Shown: positions 32,827-42,068, counted from the stretch's first letter. The stretch is 64,000 nt of DNA from an uncultured Pseudomonadales bacterium (GCA_964502225.1 CAZCUC010000003.1:12782-76781), one strand, 5' to 3'. Notes: a model not told the origin generated them from the sequence alone. Made by a program: numbers and translations.

Positions 32827-33269
32827 ATGCCACCAGTTTCTTATCGCAAACTCCCTGAGGAAATGTATAACCATCTTGTCAGCATCCTCATTCAAGTATT
32901 ATCCACAACCAACCAGACAAAAAGTGGTTTGCTGTTTGTCAATAAATTCCTATCATCCAGCGAGCTAACTATGCTAGCCAAGCGAGTAGGTATAGCACTT
33001 CTGCTCAAGCGTGGCTATACATATAGATCCGTCATGGATTACCTCAAAGTCAGTAAGGGCACGGTAGCAAAAGTGGCTGAAATAATTCATAGCAACGACC
33101 AAGAATCACAAAGTATTTTAAACAAATCATAACCAACAAACAAATAGGTGAAGTCCTTTCCAAATTTGATTACTATCTAGATAAACTCTTGCCACCAAAG
33201 GGTGGCAACTGGCATGAATGGAGAATAAGAATAGAAGATAAACGAAGAAAGTCGGAAAGACCAATCTGA
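32827..33269 (+). pseudogene. TrpR-like (YerC/YecD) HTH gene, frameshifted near 33120
   Basis: 'LSSSELTMLAKRVGIALLL..GYTYRSVMDYLKVSKGTV'; -1 frame continues to TGA 33267-69 ('IITNKQIG...PPKGGNWHEWR'). Confidence 0.65.
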
Positions 33270-33276
33270 GAAATCC

Positions 33277-33302
33277 GGTTCGATGGTTCGAACCATCGAA
33301 CC
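33277..33302. repeat. Perfect 26-bp REP-like palindrome
   Basis: Identical to 32758-32783. Confidence 0.85.
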
Positions 33303-33328
33303 TATTCTTTCTCTGCTAGAATTGTTCT

Positions 33329-33835
33329 ATGACACTCAGCGACTTATCCTGGATAGTTAGCACAAAAGATTCACAAACAGAACTCAACTGGATCAAGGCA
33401 GAAATAGAGCGGATAGGGCAGGGGAGTTTAGAAAAATTAGCCCAGGCCGCAACTGAGCAGAGTAAACATGCCTACGTCCCATACTCCCATTATCAGGTCG
33501 GGGTCGCCATCCTCACCAAATCCGGCAAAACCTATCTAGGCAACAACGTAGAGCGTGCCAGTTACAGCGAGACCGACCACGCCGAAGAATCAGCCATAAC
33601 TGGAGCCGTGGTAGATGGGGAAGTAGGTCGTAGTGGGCGCAAATTTCTCGTCGCTCTAGCCTGTTCCCACGCGGGCGACACCGCGCCCTGCGGTAGATGT
33701 CGCCAAATTATGATGGAGCATGCTGACAACTGTCTCGTTCTAACCGTCGATGTCGACGGGAAAATTCGTCGTATCACTTCGCTAAAGACCTTGCTCCCGT
33801 ACGCATTCTCACCCACCGACCTCGGGATAGAGTAA
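33329..33835 (+). CDS. cdd: Cytidine deaminase
   Basis: 'AYVPYSHYQVG', 'GNNVE', 'HAE', 'PCGRCRQ', 'LLPYAF'. Confidence 0.93.
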   Translation: MTLSDLSWIVSTKDSQTELNWIKAEIERIGQGSLEKLAQAATEQSKHAYVPYSHYQVGVAILTKSGKTYLGNNVERASYSETDHAEESAITGAVVDGEVGRSGRKFLVALACSHAGDTAPCGRCRQIMMEHADNCLVLTVDVDGKIRRITSLKTLLPYAFSPTDLGIE

Positions 33836-33890
33836 CACTTCTAAAATCATATCTTGATAAACTGTTCTATATATAGTAAAGTAATGAGAT

Positions 33891-34406
33891 GTGAGTGAAT
33901 ATGTCTCTAAAGTACGCTCGTTAACTAATGAACAATTACAGTTACGTTTTCAATCAGTACTTCAAAGAAGTAGTTTTTTTGCAGAAATCGATGCACAAAT
34001 TGTCAGAGAGCTAGATGCCAATACCAGGTTAGGGCGCAACCCTTTGGATCAAGCAAAGCATGCACTACTTAAGCAGTACAACCTAGACACAATTCCCTCT
34101 CCTATAGAGAAATTTTTAGAAGCTATGTTTATGGCTCCGACTTCCGCCAAACCAATGATGATAGACGCACTTCGCGAAGCCGTAGACAATCTTGAACATT
34201 ATCCTGATCCTCCAACCATCATCCAGTTTCTATTAGCAACCTCCAAGGAAGAAGCAAGAATTCTTAGTCGTCAAAGTGCAATTCAGCAAGTTACAGATAA
34301 CGCTGAAGCAATTCGACGTGAAGCTATAGCCCAGGTCACTCATAACATGGGTTATTGCTCTGAATCTAAGTCTTCTCCAGCTCAAGTCAACAACCCATGG
34401 AAGTGA
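33891..34406 (+). CDS. Hypothetical helical protein
   Basis: 171-aa ORF filling the gap; no motif recognised. Confidence 0.55.
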   Translation: MSEYVSKVRSLTNEQLQLRFQSVLQRSSFFAEIDAQIVRELDANTRLGRNPLDQAKHALLKQYNLDTIPSPIEKFLEAMFMAPTSAKPMMIDALREAVDNLEHYPDPPTIIQFLLATSKEEARILSRQSAIQQVTDNAEAIRREAIAQVTHNMGYCSESKSSPAQVNNPWK

Positions 34407-34424
34407 CTTTGGTACAATAGACTT

Positions 34425-35618
34425 ATGTCCAAACTAAAAGTAGCCGTCATCTTTGGCGGCAAGAGTCCCGAGCACGAAGTCTCGATCATCACGGCCGTCC
34501 AAGCCATGGCCAATATGCCCAAAGAATACGAGATTATCCCGATCTACGTCAGTAAAACTGGCGAACTCTTTAGTGGTGACAAACTCAAATCCATCGATAC
34601 CTATCAAAATATGCCACTCCTGGAGCAAATGGCCGAGCGCGTCGCGCTCCCCAGCTCTCCAGCAACCATCACACTCACCCCCACCACGCAATCATTTTTC
34701 AAAAAAACCGGCAAACCATTTGACGTCATCTTTCCCTGTTTCCACGGTGGGGTAGGGGAGGGTGGTTGGATCCAGGGACTGGCCGAGTTTTACGGTATCC
34801 CGCTTGTTGGGACCGGTCTAACCGGCGCGGCCATTGGCATGGACAAAGTGGCGATGAAGGCGGCCTTTGACGGCGCCAATATCAAGCAAGCTCCCTACAT
34901 CTGGTTTTATCGAAATGATTGGTATACTAAAGAAGCCACCTTTGTCAAAGAAATCGAAACTCATCTCAAGTATCCCATTTTCGTCAAACCCAGCCGGGGA
35001 GGATCATCCATTGGTACGACCTGTGCTAAAACCAAAGTCGAACTTATCCGCGCCATCGATCTCGCCGCCGCCATGGATACTAGAATAGTCGTTGAAGAGG
35101 GGATTACTGGGGCACGAGAGATCAATATCTCCATTATGGGCAACGCCGGCCACGATCTCGAATGTTCGGTCTGCGAAGAAGTCTTCCACGAAGGTTCCGA
35201 GTTCTTGGATTTTAAAGTTAAGTATCTACCTAGCGACAAGGAAAGTTTGGCAAGTAGTAAAAGTGAAGGTATGGCCAGTACGAATAAAGTAATTCCGGCC
35301 AAATTAGACAAAAAACTAGTAAATAAAATAGAGCAAATAGGTAAACTTATTTTCAACTTATTAGACTGCTCAGGGCTCGTTCGGCTTGACTTCCTAGTAA
35401 AAGGAAACGATGTGTATTGCATCGAGATCAACACTATTCCTGGTCTTCTTAGTTTTTATCTCTGGAAAAAATCAGGTTATACATATCCAAAATTGCTTAC
35501 TCACTTGATAGAATTAGCAGTTTTCAAACATGAGGATATTAAGAAGAATGTGACCGACTTTGCCTCGCCAATTCTTACCAACCTAAGTCAAGGAAAATTG
35601 GGTAGTAAACTGAATTAA
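34425..35618 (+). CDS. ddl: D-alanine--D-alanine ligase
   Basis: 'FGGKSPEHEVS', 'HGGVGEGG', 'FVKP..GGSSIG', 'EINTIPG'. Confidence 0.95.
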   Translation: MSKLKVAVIFGGKSPEHEVSIITAVQAMANMPKEYEIIPIYVSKTGELFSGDKLKSIDTYQNMPLLEQMAERVALPSSPATITLTPTTQSFFKKTGKPFDVIFPCFHGGVGEGGWIQGLAEFYGIPLVGTGLTGAAIGMDKVAMKAAFDGANIKQAPYIWFYRNDWYTKEATFVKEIETHLKYPIFVKPSRGGSSIGTTCAKTKVELIRAIDLAAAMDTRIVVEEGITGAREINISIMGNAGHDLECSVCEEVFHEGSEFLDFKVKYLPSDKESLASSKSEGMASTNKVIPAKLDKKLVNKIEQIGKLIFNLLDCSGLVRLDFLVKGNDVYCIEINTIPGLLSFYLWKKSGYTYPKLLTHLIELAVFKHEDIKKNVTDFASPILTNLSQGKLGSKLN

Positions 35619-36805
35619 TAATTTTCCGTCACATCATTTTCCAGTAGCACGAGAGGTTCTTTCTTCAGTTTCAAATCCCTGACAGCTCGCATAAAGTCCA
35701 ACGTTTTCGCGATATAGATCACCTTTACTTTTCCCCCGATCCCTCGCTCCAAGCTTAGGGTTCGCTCGTTGTGTCCTACCAAGATCACATAGTCTGCATT
35801 ACCAATTATCTCTTTGCCCAGTTCTTCGTGGATCTTGTTGCTCTCTCTCCCCAGCTCCACCAGTCCCGGTGTCACCAGTATTCTGACATACTTTTTCTGC
35901 TGTCCTAGATAGGTGAGGGCATCCACAAACCCGCGGTCGTTACTACTAAAGCTATCATCAATCACTTTCATTCCGTAGCGCTCACTCGTCATCTCAAATC
36001 TGTTTTTCACCTGCCTAACTTGCATATCAAAGTTAGTGATCCCAAACAATCTAGCGATTTTTTTGGCACCATCTAAATTGGCTTCATTTCTACTTGCCCC
36101 ACGCTTAGCCAGAGGCGAATTGGGGTACCATGTCGCCTTTACCCCCAACTTTTCCACATTTTTGACGACCGCTTCATCTCTCCCATTTGCCACTAGTTTT
36201 CCCTGCACTTTGTCCATATAAACCGCGATCTCGCTCTTAGCTATTTGGATATTCTCCCAGCTACCAAAGCGCTCTAGATGCTGTCTCGCCATCCCGGTGA
36301 GGATCCCAATATCAGGGCTTACCATCGTGAGTAGATGGGTAATGTCACCCATATGATAGGCGCCCACCTCTACAATAAATATCTCAGTCCTTTCATCGAC
36401 TTCATACTCTAAACACTTAGCAATCCCAAAAATGGTATTAAAGCTCTCTGGTGTTGCGACCGTTCGATACTTGGTCCGGATCAGATCGTAAGCATAGTTC
36501 TTGACGGACGTTTTGCCATACGACCCAGCGATCGCCACCACTCTGAGCCCGCGCTGTTTCAGCTGGGCAATGCGCGCTCTAGTTCGGTACCAAGTAACAA
36601 CCTCCGCAGTTTTGACAGCGCTGGCTATCAGTGTATTGGCACCCACTATCCCGAGGGGATACGATAACAATCTAGTTAGTTTTAGTCTTCCGGTCCAGCG
36701 TGCACGTTTGACCACCGACTCATCGATGTCACGACTAGCGGCCAAATACCTCTCAGTGTCGTACTGCTCGAGCTGGAGTAATGCCAAATTGGCTAATCTA
36801 CTCAT
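35615..36805 (-). CDS. MurF-like Mur ligase
   Basis: 'AIAGSYGKTSVK', 'SFNT', 'QHLERF', 'IDDSFSSN', 'TPGLVELG', 'LLEND'. Confidence 0.85.
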   Translation of the reverse strand: MSRLANLALLQLEQYDTERYLAASRDIDESVVKRARWTGRLKLTRLLSYPLGIVGANTLIASAVKTAEVVTWYRTRARIAQLKQRGLRVVAIAGSYGKTSVKNYAYDLIRTKYRTVATPESFNTIFGIAKCLEYEVDERTEIFIVEVGAYHMGDITHLLTMVSPDIGILTGMARQHLERFGSWENIQIAKSEIAVYMDKVQGKLVANGRDEAVVKNVEKLGVKATWYPNSPLAKRGASRNEANLDGAKKIARLFGITNFDMQVRQVKNRFEMTSERYGMKVIDDSFSSNDRGFVDALTYLGQQKKYVRILVTPGLVELGRESNKIHEELGKEIIGNADYVILVGHNERTLSLERGIGGKVKVIYIAKTLDFMRAVRDLKLKKEPLVLLENDVTENY

Positions 36806-37539
36806 TCGACTGCCTCCTGCAAAATCCGTAACGTCTGTTCATAGTGGCTCGAGTGCGGGTCATGTCCCGCCCCCCAGACGACTCTAACTCGCGAATGTCT
36901 CACCAATTTAGCGTAAATTTTTGTTAAAGGTAGAGGCAAGATCGGATCATTTTCTCCCCACACAATCGTCGTTTCAACCTCTATTTTTGGCAAATATTTA
37001 CGCAAATCTGTTTTAACTATCGCCCGGTACAGCTCCCGCAGGGCAGGGGTGTTACGATAATCCTCATCCATCAAAGACAGAGCAAGCTTGGCACGCACCG
37101 AGGCAGGGACCCATGCAAACAATTTTGAAACAAACTGGAGTGTCAGTCGTTTAATCGATTTTGGCTTGACTCCAGCCGGATCAATAAGTACGAGTCTCTC
37201 TATCAAAGCGGGGTAGTTCGATCCAAGCACAATCCCCACGCGCCCGCCGAGGGAATGTCCGAGGAGAATAACTTTTTCGATTTCCAGGTACTGGCAAAAG
37301 TCTTTGACGAGTTCACTATACTCAAAAATATTCGCTACCTTGGGCAAGCTCGATCCGCCAAACCCTGGGAGGTCTAAGACAAAAACCTTGCGTCCGCTCC
37401 ACTTGCTTAGATCTTGTGCCATCCTGATCCACTCGTTCCCACTCCGCCCCCAGCCGTGCAAAACCAAAATCGGTGTGCGTTTACCACTGCCTATTTCCTG
37501 ATAATTCCATAGCTGGTGTCCCACTGCAATCTGTGTCAT
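36802..37539 (-). CDS. Alpha/beta hydrolase
   Basis: 'LHGWG', 'DLPGFG', 'GHSLGG', 'GEND', 'GH'; start MTQIAV lies 6 nt after TATAAT. Confidence 0.9.
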   Translation of the reverse strand: MTQIAVGHQLWNYQEIGSGKRTPILVLHGWGRSGNEWIRMAQDLSKWSGRKVFVLDLPGFGGSSLPKVANIFEYSELVKDFCQYLEIEKVILLGHSLGGRVGIVLGSNYPALIERLVLIDPAGVKPKSIKRLTLQFVSKLFAWVPASVRAKLALSLMDEDYRNTPALRELYRAIVKTDLRKYLPKIEVETTIVWGENDPILPLPLTKIYAKLVRHSRVRVVWGAGHDPHSSHYEQTLRILQEAVE

Positions 37540-37560
37540 ACCCCGATTATACGTGAAATT

Positions 37561-37630
37561 ATCTTTGAGTATCTTACAATTTCTTACAATATCTTCTAAT
37601 ATTAGCCAATATCTACCAACATCTGCTAAG
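37561..37630 (+). repeat. Phased degenerate 10-bp tandem array (consensus ATCTTACAAT)
   Basis: atctttgagt/atcttacaat/ttcttacaat/atcttctaat/attagccaat/atctaccaac/atctgctaag. Confidence 0.75.
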
Positions 37631-37639
37631 ATTGAATAA

Positions 37640-37900
37640 ATGACCGATTCTCGCAAATTTTCTCTCCTAGCCAAACTCAGTAGTCTCGATGCCGAATCCA
37701 AATTATTACCTAGGCGATTAGAGATTCTCCTCACAATCCGCGACCACTCCCCCTGCAGTCTCGACTTTTTACAAAGGAATTTTGTGGGCACACCAGGGAG
37801 CACTCTTCGCTACGATTTACTCAAGCTCCAGCAGACAGGACTCATCCAAAAGCTCGGGGTCACCCGCGGAGCTCTTTACTCTGCCTCTCCCACCGAGTGA
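37640..37900 (+). CDS. Small winged helix-turn-helix protein
   Basis: 'LLPRRLEILLTIRDH...STLRYDLLKLQQTGLIQKLGVTRGALY' DeoR/Fic-C-type wHTH pattern. Confidence 0.75.
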   Translation: MTDSRKFSLLAKLSSLDAESKLLPRRLEILLTIRDHSPCSLDFLQRNFVGTPGSTLRYDLLKLQQTGLIQKLGVTRGALYSASPTE

Positions 37901-38838
37901 TACTTTTCATGCACACTTTTTAGTTGCGGGTTGGTCACGTGGGTATAGATCTGTGTGGTCGCGATATTCTTGTGTCCTAGCATTTCCTGGACCTCACGTA
38001 GCCCTGCGCCGTGACTGATGAGATCAGTAGCAAAGCTATGCCTCATCACGTGGGGTGTAATCGAGTACGGCAGGTGCGCCAGGCGTCCATATTTAGCGAT
38101 GATGCGCTGGACAGTCCTCACATTCAGTCTCAGTTTCTCTCCAGCTTTGGGATCGTCGATCTCGGGCTTGGCTCCGCTATGGCGGATAAAGACGGGGTGG
38201 TAGTGATCATCTCGCTCACGCAAATATTTATCTATCCACTGTGCCGCCCGGTCGGACAGGAAAACTACCCGGATTTTTCTACCTTTACCCATCACCCCGA
38301 ACTCACGAGATTCTAAATTAATCGTAGTCTTGTTCAGTGACACCAGCTCCGATACCCGCAATCCAGTCGAGAAAAGAGTTTCCATAATCACTCTATCTCG
38401 CAATCCTTGGATATTGGATATATCCGCCTTTTCTATCATCGCTTCCACATGTGAATAATCCAAGAACTTGAGCGAATGCTCCTTGCCTTTGGGTAGTTCT
38501 AGTCGCTCCGGAGAGACTACTTCATAATCCTGCCTCAGCAGATACCGGAGCATCGATCTTAGTGCGATTACATAATATCCCTGGGTGACAGGCGAGAGAT
38601 ATTCACCTTTATCATTTTTATGTTGCGCCAAAAAGACACGGTAGGTCTTCAACATCTTAGAGGTCACGTCGCTCAATTCTTTGTCTGGATAATACTTACC
38701 CAACCAAGTGGAAAACTTTAATAGGTAAAATCGATAATTGCGAATCGTAAAAGGAGACACCTGTCGCTCGATTGTGAGGTACTCGAGGTACTCTTCAATG
38801 CAGGCCTGGAGTGTTGGAGTACTACCCTTAGCACTCAT
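37876..38838 (-). CDS. XerC/XerD-type tyrosine recombinase
   Basis: SAM-like N-domain; catalytic R ('TGLRVSEL'), K ('GKGRK'), 'HVMRH', 'LGH', Y ('TQIYTH'). Confidence 0.95.
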   Translation of the reverse strand: MSAKGSTPTLQACIEEYLEYLTIERQVSPFTIRNYRFYLLKFSTWLGKYYPDKELSDVTSKMLKTYRVFLAQHKNDKGEYLSPVTQGYYVIALRSMLRYLLRQDYEVVSPERLELPKGKEHSLKFLDYSHVEAMIEKADISNIQGLRDRVIMETLFSTGLRVSELVSLNKTTINLESREFGVMGKGRKIRVVFLSDRAAQWIDKYLRERDDHYHPVFIRHSGAKPEIDDPKAGEKLRLNVRTVQRIIAKYGRLAHLPYSITPHVMRHSFATDLISHGAGLREVQEMLGHKNIATTQIYTHVTNPQLKSVHEKYHSVGEAE

Positions 38839-39051
38839 ATAGTTTCGACTGCCAAATATCTCGAATTAAAATTGGGATGGATATATCCTACCATTTTACA
38901 CATACATACCCACCGCACACGATAGTCGTGTGACTATCCACCCTATAGTGGTAAATTAAGCAATCCTATAGTTTTGAAGTGTTTGACTCCTTAGGGCAGG
39001 GGAGTTAAACCATAGGGCCTACTCACATTGTGCGACATTGGATAAGCGTTG

Positions 39052-39705
39052 TCAACCACCGATAAATTCCAAGATATAATCATTCACCAATTTTGTGAAT
39101 ACTGGTTGATTTTTATAGTCGTGGCGCATACCATTTATCAATCGATAAATCTTAGGATCACATGCTCTGTTAAATAATCCCTGAGTCAAGTCAAAGGGAA
39201 CACGATCGTCCAGAGACCCAGCCAAGAACATTTTTGGACACTTAATACCCGATATCACAGCCCGAGCGTCAAAGAGCTGAGCATCCTTCACAAACTCATA
39301 AGGTATATCTACCTCACCATATCTCGAGCTAGCAAAAGAATAAACGCCTCTAGATTTCCACTCATCTAACCTAGACTGTATATCGTCACCGGTGGCAAAT
39401 CGGTATGGACTTACGACACACGCCAGCCTAACAATGTTCTTACGTTCTGAACTAGCTATGGTAGCCGCCACACCACCCAATGACACTCCAACCAAAGCTA
39501 TTTCTTCGTTGCTGAATTCATCTAAAGCTCTGTTAATTGTGTTTATGTGGGACGACAAACGATACTTTTCAAAGTTGCGACTCGACAGCTCCTCAGATTC
39601 CACAGTGACTGCCTCAATCCCAGCAAGCCGTGCTCGGTTCATTAAATCAATATGATGTGGCTCGTCGGCATAACCTAGGAATCCAGGAATAATAACGAGT
39701 TTCAT
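39052..39705 (-). CDS. Alpha/beta hydrolase (esterase-like)
   Basis: 'IPGFLG', 'GVSLGG', 'DDRVP', 'H-DY'; start MKLVII lies 6 nt after TATACT. Confidence 0.85.
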   Translation of the reverse strand: MKLVIIPGFLGYADEPHHIDLMNRARLAGIEAVTVESEELSSRNFEKYRLSSHINTINRALDEFSNEEIALVGVSLGGVAATIASSERKNIVRLACVVSPYRFATGDDIQSRLDEWKSRGVYSFASSRYGEVDIPYEFVKDAQLFDARAVISGIKCPKMFLAGSLDDRVPFDLTQGLFNRACDPKIYRLINGMRHDYKNQPVFTKLVNDYILEFIGG

Positions 39706-39984
39706 GGGACTAGTATAGCAAAACAAGATAGAAACTGAGTTCCCACCAGATACAGAGCCTGTACAATCGATTCTACGGCTCATTTATAGATCATCCCGAA
39801 CCATTGCATAGCCATAAAAGCCAATTTTCTACGGGTATCGTTCGGAAGTAGGTCATTTAGGGTATCTAAGTACAATGGGGGAGTTTGGGAAAAAGAAATC
39901 GACGCAACATCGCAAAATAGGCAATTACAAACATCAAACTTCTAAAATCTATAATCTCGGCTCCCCCTACCGAATTCGAGATGT

Positions 39985-40012
39985 ATGTCATAAAAGATAT
40001 ATTGTGCGACAT
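39985..40012. other. Candidate dif-like Xer recombination site
   Basis: ATGTCATAAAA-GATATA-TTGTGCGACAT: 11-6-11 with inverted arms (7/11 match); right arm duplicated at 39028-39038. Confidence 0.55.
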
Positions 40013-40442
40013 AGGAGAAACCCACTCTTGGGCACCTATGCGTCTAATAAAAGGGCGAATCTAGGCTCAGCGCCAAATTCGTATTTCACTGTAGTTGGAT
40101 GTACATCCTCTGCTCTCCATATATCCATCGCTCAATAAAGCTGTGTATAGTTAACACGTCGCGTCTACCTCCCACTCTCTCACCCTCCAGATGTATATCT
40201 GGAGAGACCACTCCCTCCCCAGATGTGTGACCTGGTGATCTTGGCAGACCCCAGACCAAGTTGCTACACCCCCAGAGCATACAGGGTACAAACTATATCA
40301 AACCTGTTCACAAAACTTACACGAATCAGTCGCAAGGATCGGATACTTTTTATCCACAATCGTGAAAAATTATAGGACATGTCGTGAAAAGCCTATAATT
40401 ATTATAGGATAACTAGAAATACTATAGGACTCCCCCCTCCCC

Positions 40443-41216
40443 TCACCTAGTCCAGCCAAAAAATACAGCACCAATCACTACCGTAAATACTATAGCCGCA
40501 AATCCTAGATATTCCTGGATTGTCCGGGCAAACAATCTCCCTTCTAAATCGTGTTGGAACAGCCCGAGTATCACGTACATTCCCATCGCCAAAACCACGC
40601 TAGCCAGCGGGACGCTAATTAGCCAAAACGACAACACGAGGGCTAGTTCGCTCACCACGACCGCACCAACGAGCGCATAATAAAACTCTCTCTTTATTGT
40701 GTTAGATACCACATACGACCACACGCCCTGCCAGAAGATAGGTAGCGATACCACAAAGACGAGCAGTGCCACTAGCCACCCAGCCACGTGCAGAGAAAAA
40801 ATCACGTGATACAAGAAGGCGCTAGTCAAAATAGAGAGGATAAAACCTACTGCCCTCGCCGCTCTCAGCAACTGGATGGTCCTAATCGACGCAACCGCAA
40901 AAATATTTACCGTCAACAACAAGCCATACATCGAGATCCCAAACAAGATCAGCACAATCGCTCTCGTGATTATTGCCTGTGGCAGTAAAAAGTAAAACAA
41001 CCCTACCGAGACCGGGTACAAGGTAGGCAAAATCAAGTTGACTACCCAGTTCACTCCACGCAAATCTTTAAGTAGCGACCAGGCAGTCAGTAGATATGCC
41101 GCCACACCAAAAAAAGCGATCGCACTGTATCGTGACTCTACTGGTAGTTTTTGGACTAGTAATAATCCAAACGACAGTAGGATCGATACCAAGAGGAATT
41201 TGCGCCGCTTGGTCAT
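40443..41216 (-). CDS. Multi-pass membrane protein (DUF5656-like)
   Basis: About 8 TM helices; 'RTIQLLRAA'; follows yebC. Confidence 0.7.
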   Translation of the reverse strand: MTKRRKFLLVSILLSFGLLLVQKLPVESRYSAIAFFGVAAYLLTAWSLLKDLRGVNWVVNLILPTLYPVSVGLFYFLLPQAIITRAIVLILFGISMYGLLLTVNIFAVASIRTIQLLRAARAVGFILSILTSAFLYHVIFSLHVAGWLVALLVFVVSLPIFWQGVWSYVVSNTIKREFYYALVGAVVVSELALVLSFWLISVPLASVVLAMGMYVILGLFQHDLEGRLFARTIQEYLGFAAIVFTVVIGAVFFGWTR

Positions 41217-41223
41217 CCCACTC

Positions 41224-41928
41224 TTATCCCAGATTTGCATAAACCTCCTGTACGTCGTCGTAATCTGCCATTATTTCCAAAAAGTTCTCTACTTTTGCCG
41301 AGTCTTCAACCACAACCACTACTTTAGGTCGATACCCGATTGTGCCCCCTACTGTTTTACCTTTACTTTGGAGATACTTGATTACACTGTGCACCGTCTC
41401 TGGCAAAGTATAGATTGTCGATCCGCTCTCATCCACAACCACATCGCTCATCCCTAGATCAATCAGCTCTAGTTGGAGGTCCTCGTCGATCGAGTCTGGG
41501 GTATGGACTATCCCGCACTTGTCAAACATATGCATCACGCTCCCTTGCTCACCCATCCGCCCACCGTGTTTTTCCATCAGAGTCCTAATCTCTGCCACAG
41601 TGCGATTGCGGCTATCACTTACGACTTCTAAAATGACCATCACTCCATCTGGACCAAATGCCTCAATTATTAGTTCGGAGAGCTCCTCACCCGCTTTGCC
41701 CAGACCTTTATCAATTGCCCGGTCAATATTCTCTTTAGGCATATTCACTGCGCGAGCTTTATCCACCGCGAGGCGGAGCGAAAAGTTCATATCGGGATCA
41801 CCCACTCCCCCGCCTTTTTTTACGGCAATAGTTATATCCTTTGCCATCTTGGTAAACACGCTCCCCTTGACCTTGTCGTTCGCCGCTTTTTTGTGCTTGA
41901 TCGTACTCCACTTACTATGTCCTGACAT
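41224..41928 (-). CDS. yebC: YebC/PmpR family protein
   Basis: 'MSGHSKWSTIKHKKAAND', 'NMPKENIDRAI', 'DDVQEVYAN'. Confidence 0.95.
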   Translation of the reverse strand: MSGHSKWSTIKHKKAANDKVKGSVFTKMAKDITIAVKKGGGVGDPDMNFSLRLAVDKARAVNMPKENIDRAIDKGLGKAGEELSELIIEAFGPDGVMVILEVVSDSRNRTVAEIRTLMEKHGGRMGEQGSVMHMFDKCGIVHTPDSIDEDLQLELIDLGMSDVVVDESGSTIYTLPETVHSVIKYLQSKGKTVGGTIGYRPKVVVVVEDSAKVENFLEIMADYDDVQEVYANLG

Positions 41929-41987
41929 AACCCTATTCTACCACCTGATCGGGAAGCAGGCGGAAAAATTTTACCCTTCTAAATCGA

Positions 41988-42068
41988 AAACTGACAGATG
42001 AAATTTTGACGACATTACAGGCGTGTAAACAGCCTGTACCGGAGATCAAAATTTGCGTCTGTCAGTTT
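41988..42068 (+). repeat. Structured hairpin element, copy 1
   Basis: AAACTGACAGATG-AAATTTTGA-cgacat-TACAGGC-loop-GCCTGTA-ccggaga-TCAAAATTT-g-CGTCTGTCAGTTT. Confidence 0.85.

Noticed and set aside
31670-33302. CRISPR array or attC cassette array
   Set aside because: Spacing is 0.5-1.1 kb, no cas or integron integrase is present, and the sites are perfect short palindromes without attC cores
37540-37803. N-terminal extension of the hydrolase in the ORF track
   Set aside because: Overlaps the wHTH gene and the repeat array; a better start with a -10 exists at 37539
37876-40012. Prophage or ICE
   Set aside because: The recombinase looks like a housekeeping Xer, and no phage, relaxase or replication genes are present
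39875-40280. Short ORFs 39875-40138 (+) and 40086-40280 (-)
   Set aside because: No motifs or clear initiation signals, and one runs through the dif-like site
39780-40440. Replication origin
   Set aside because: Only one perfect DnaA box, no dnaA/dnaN nearby, and no visible strand-composition switch
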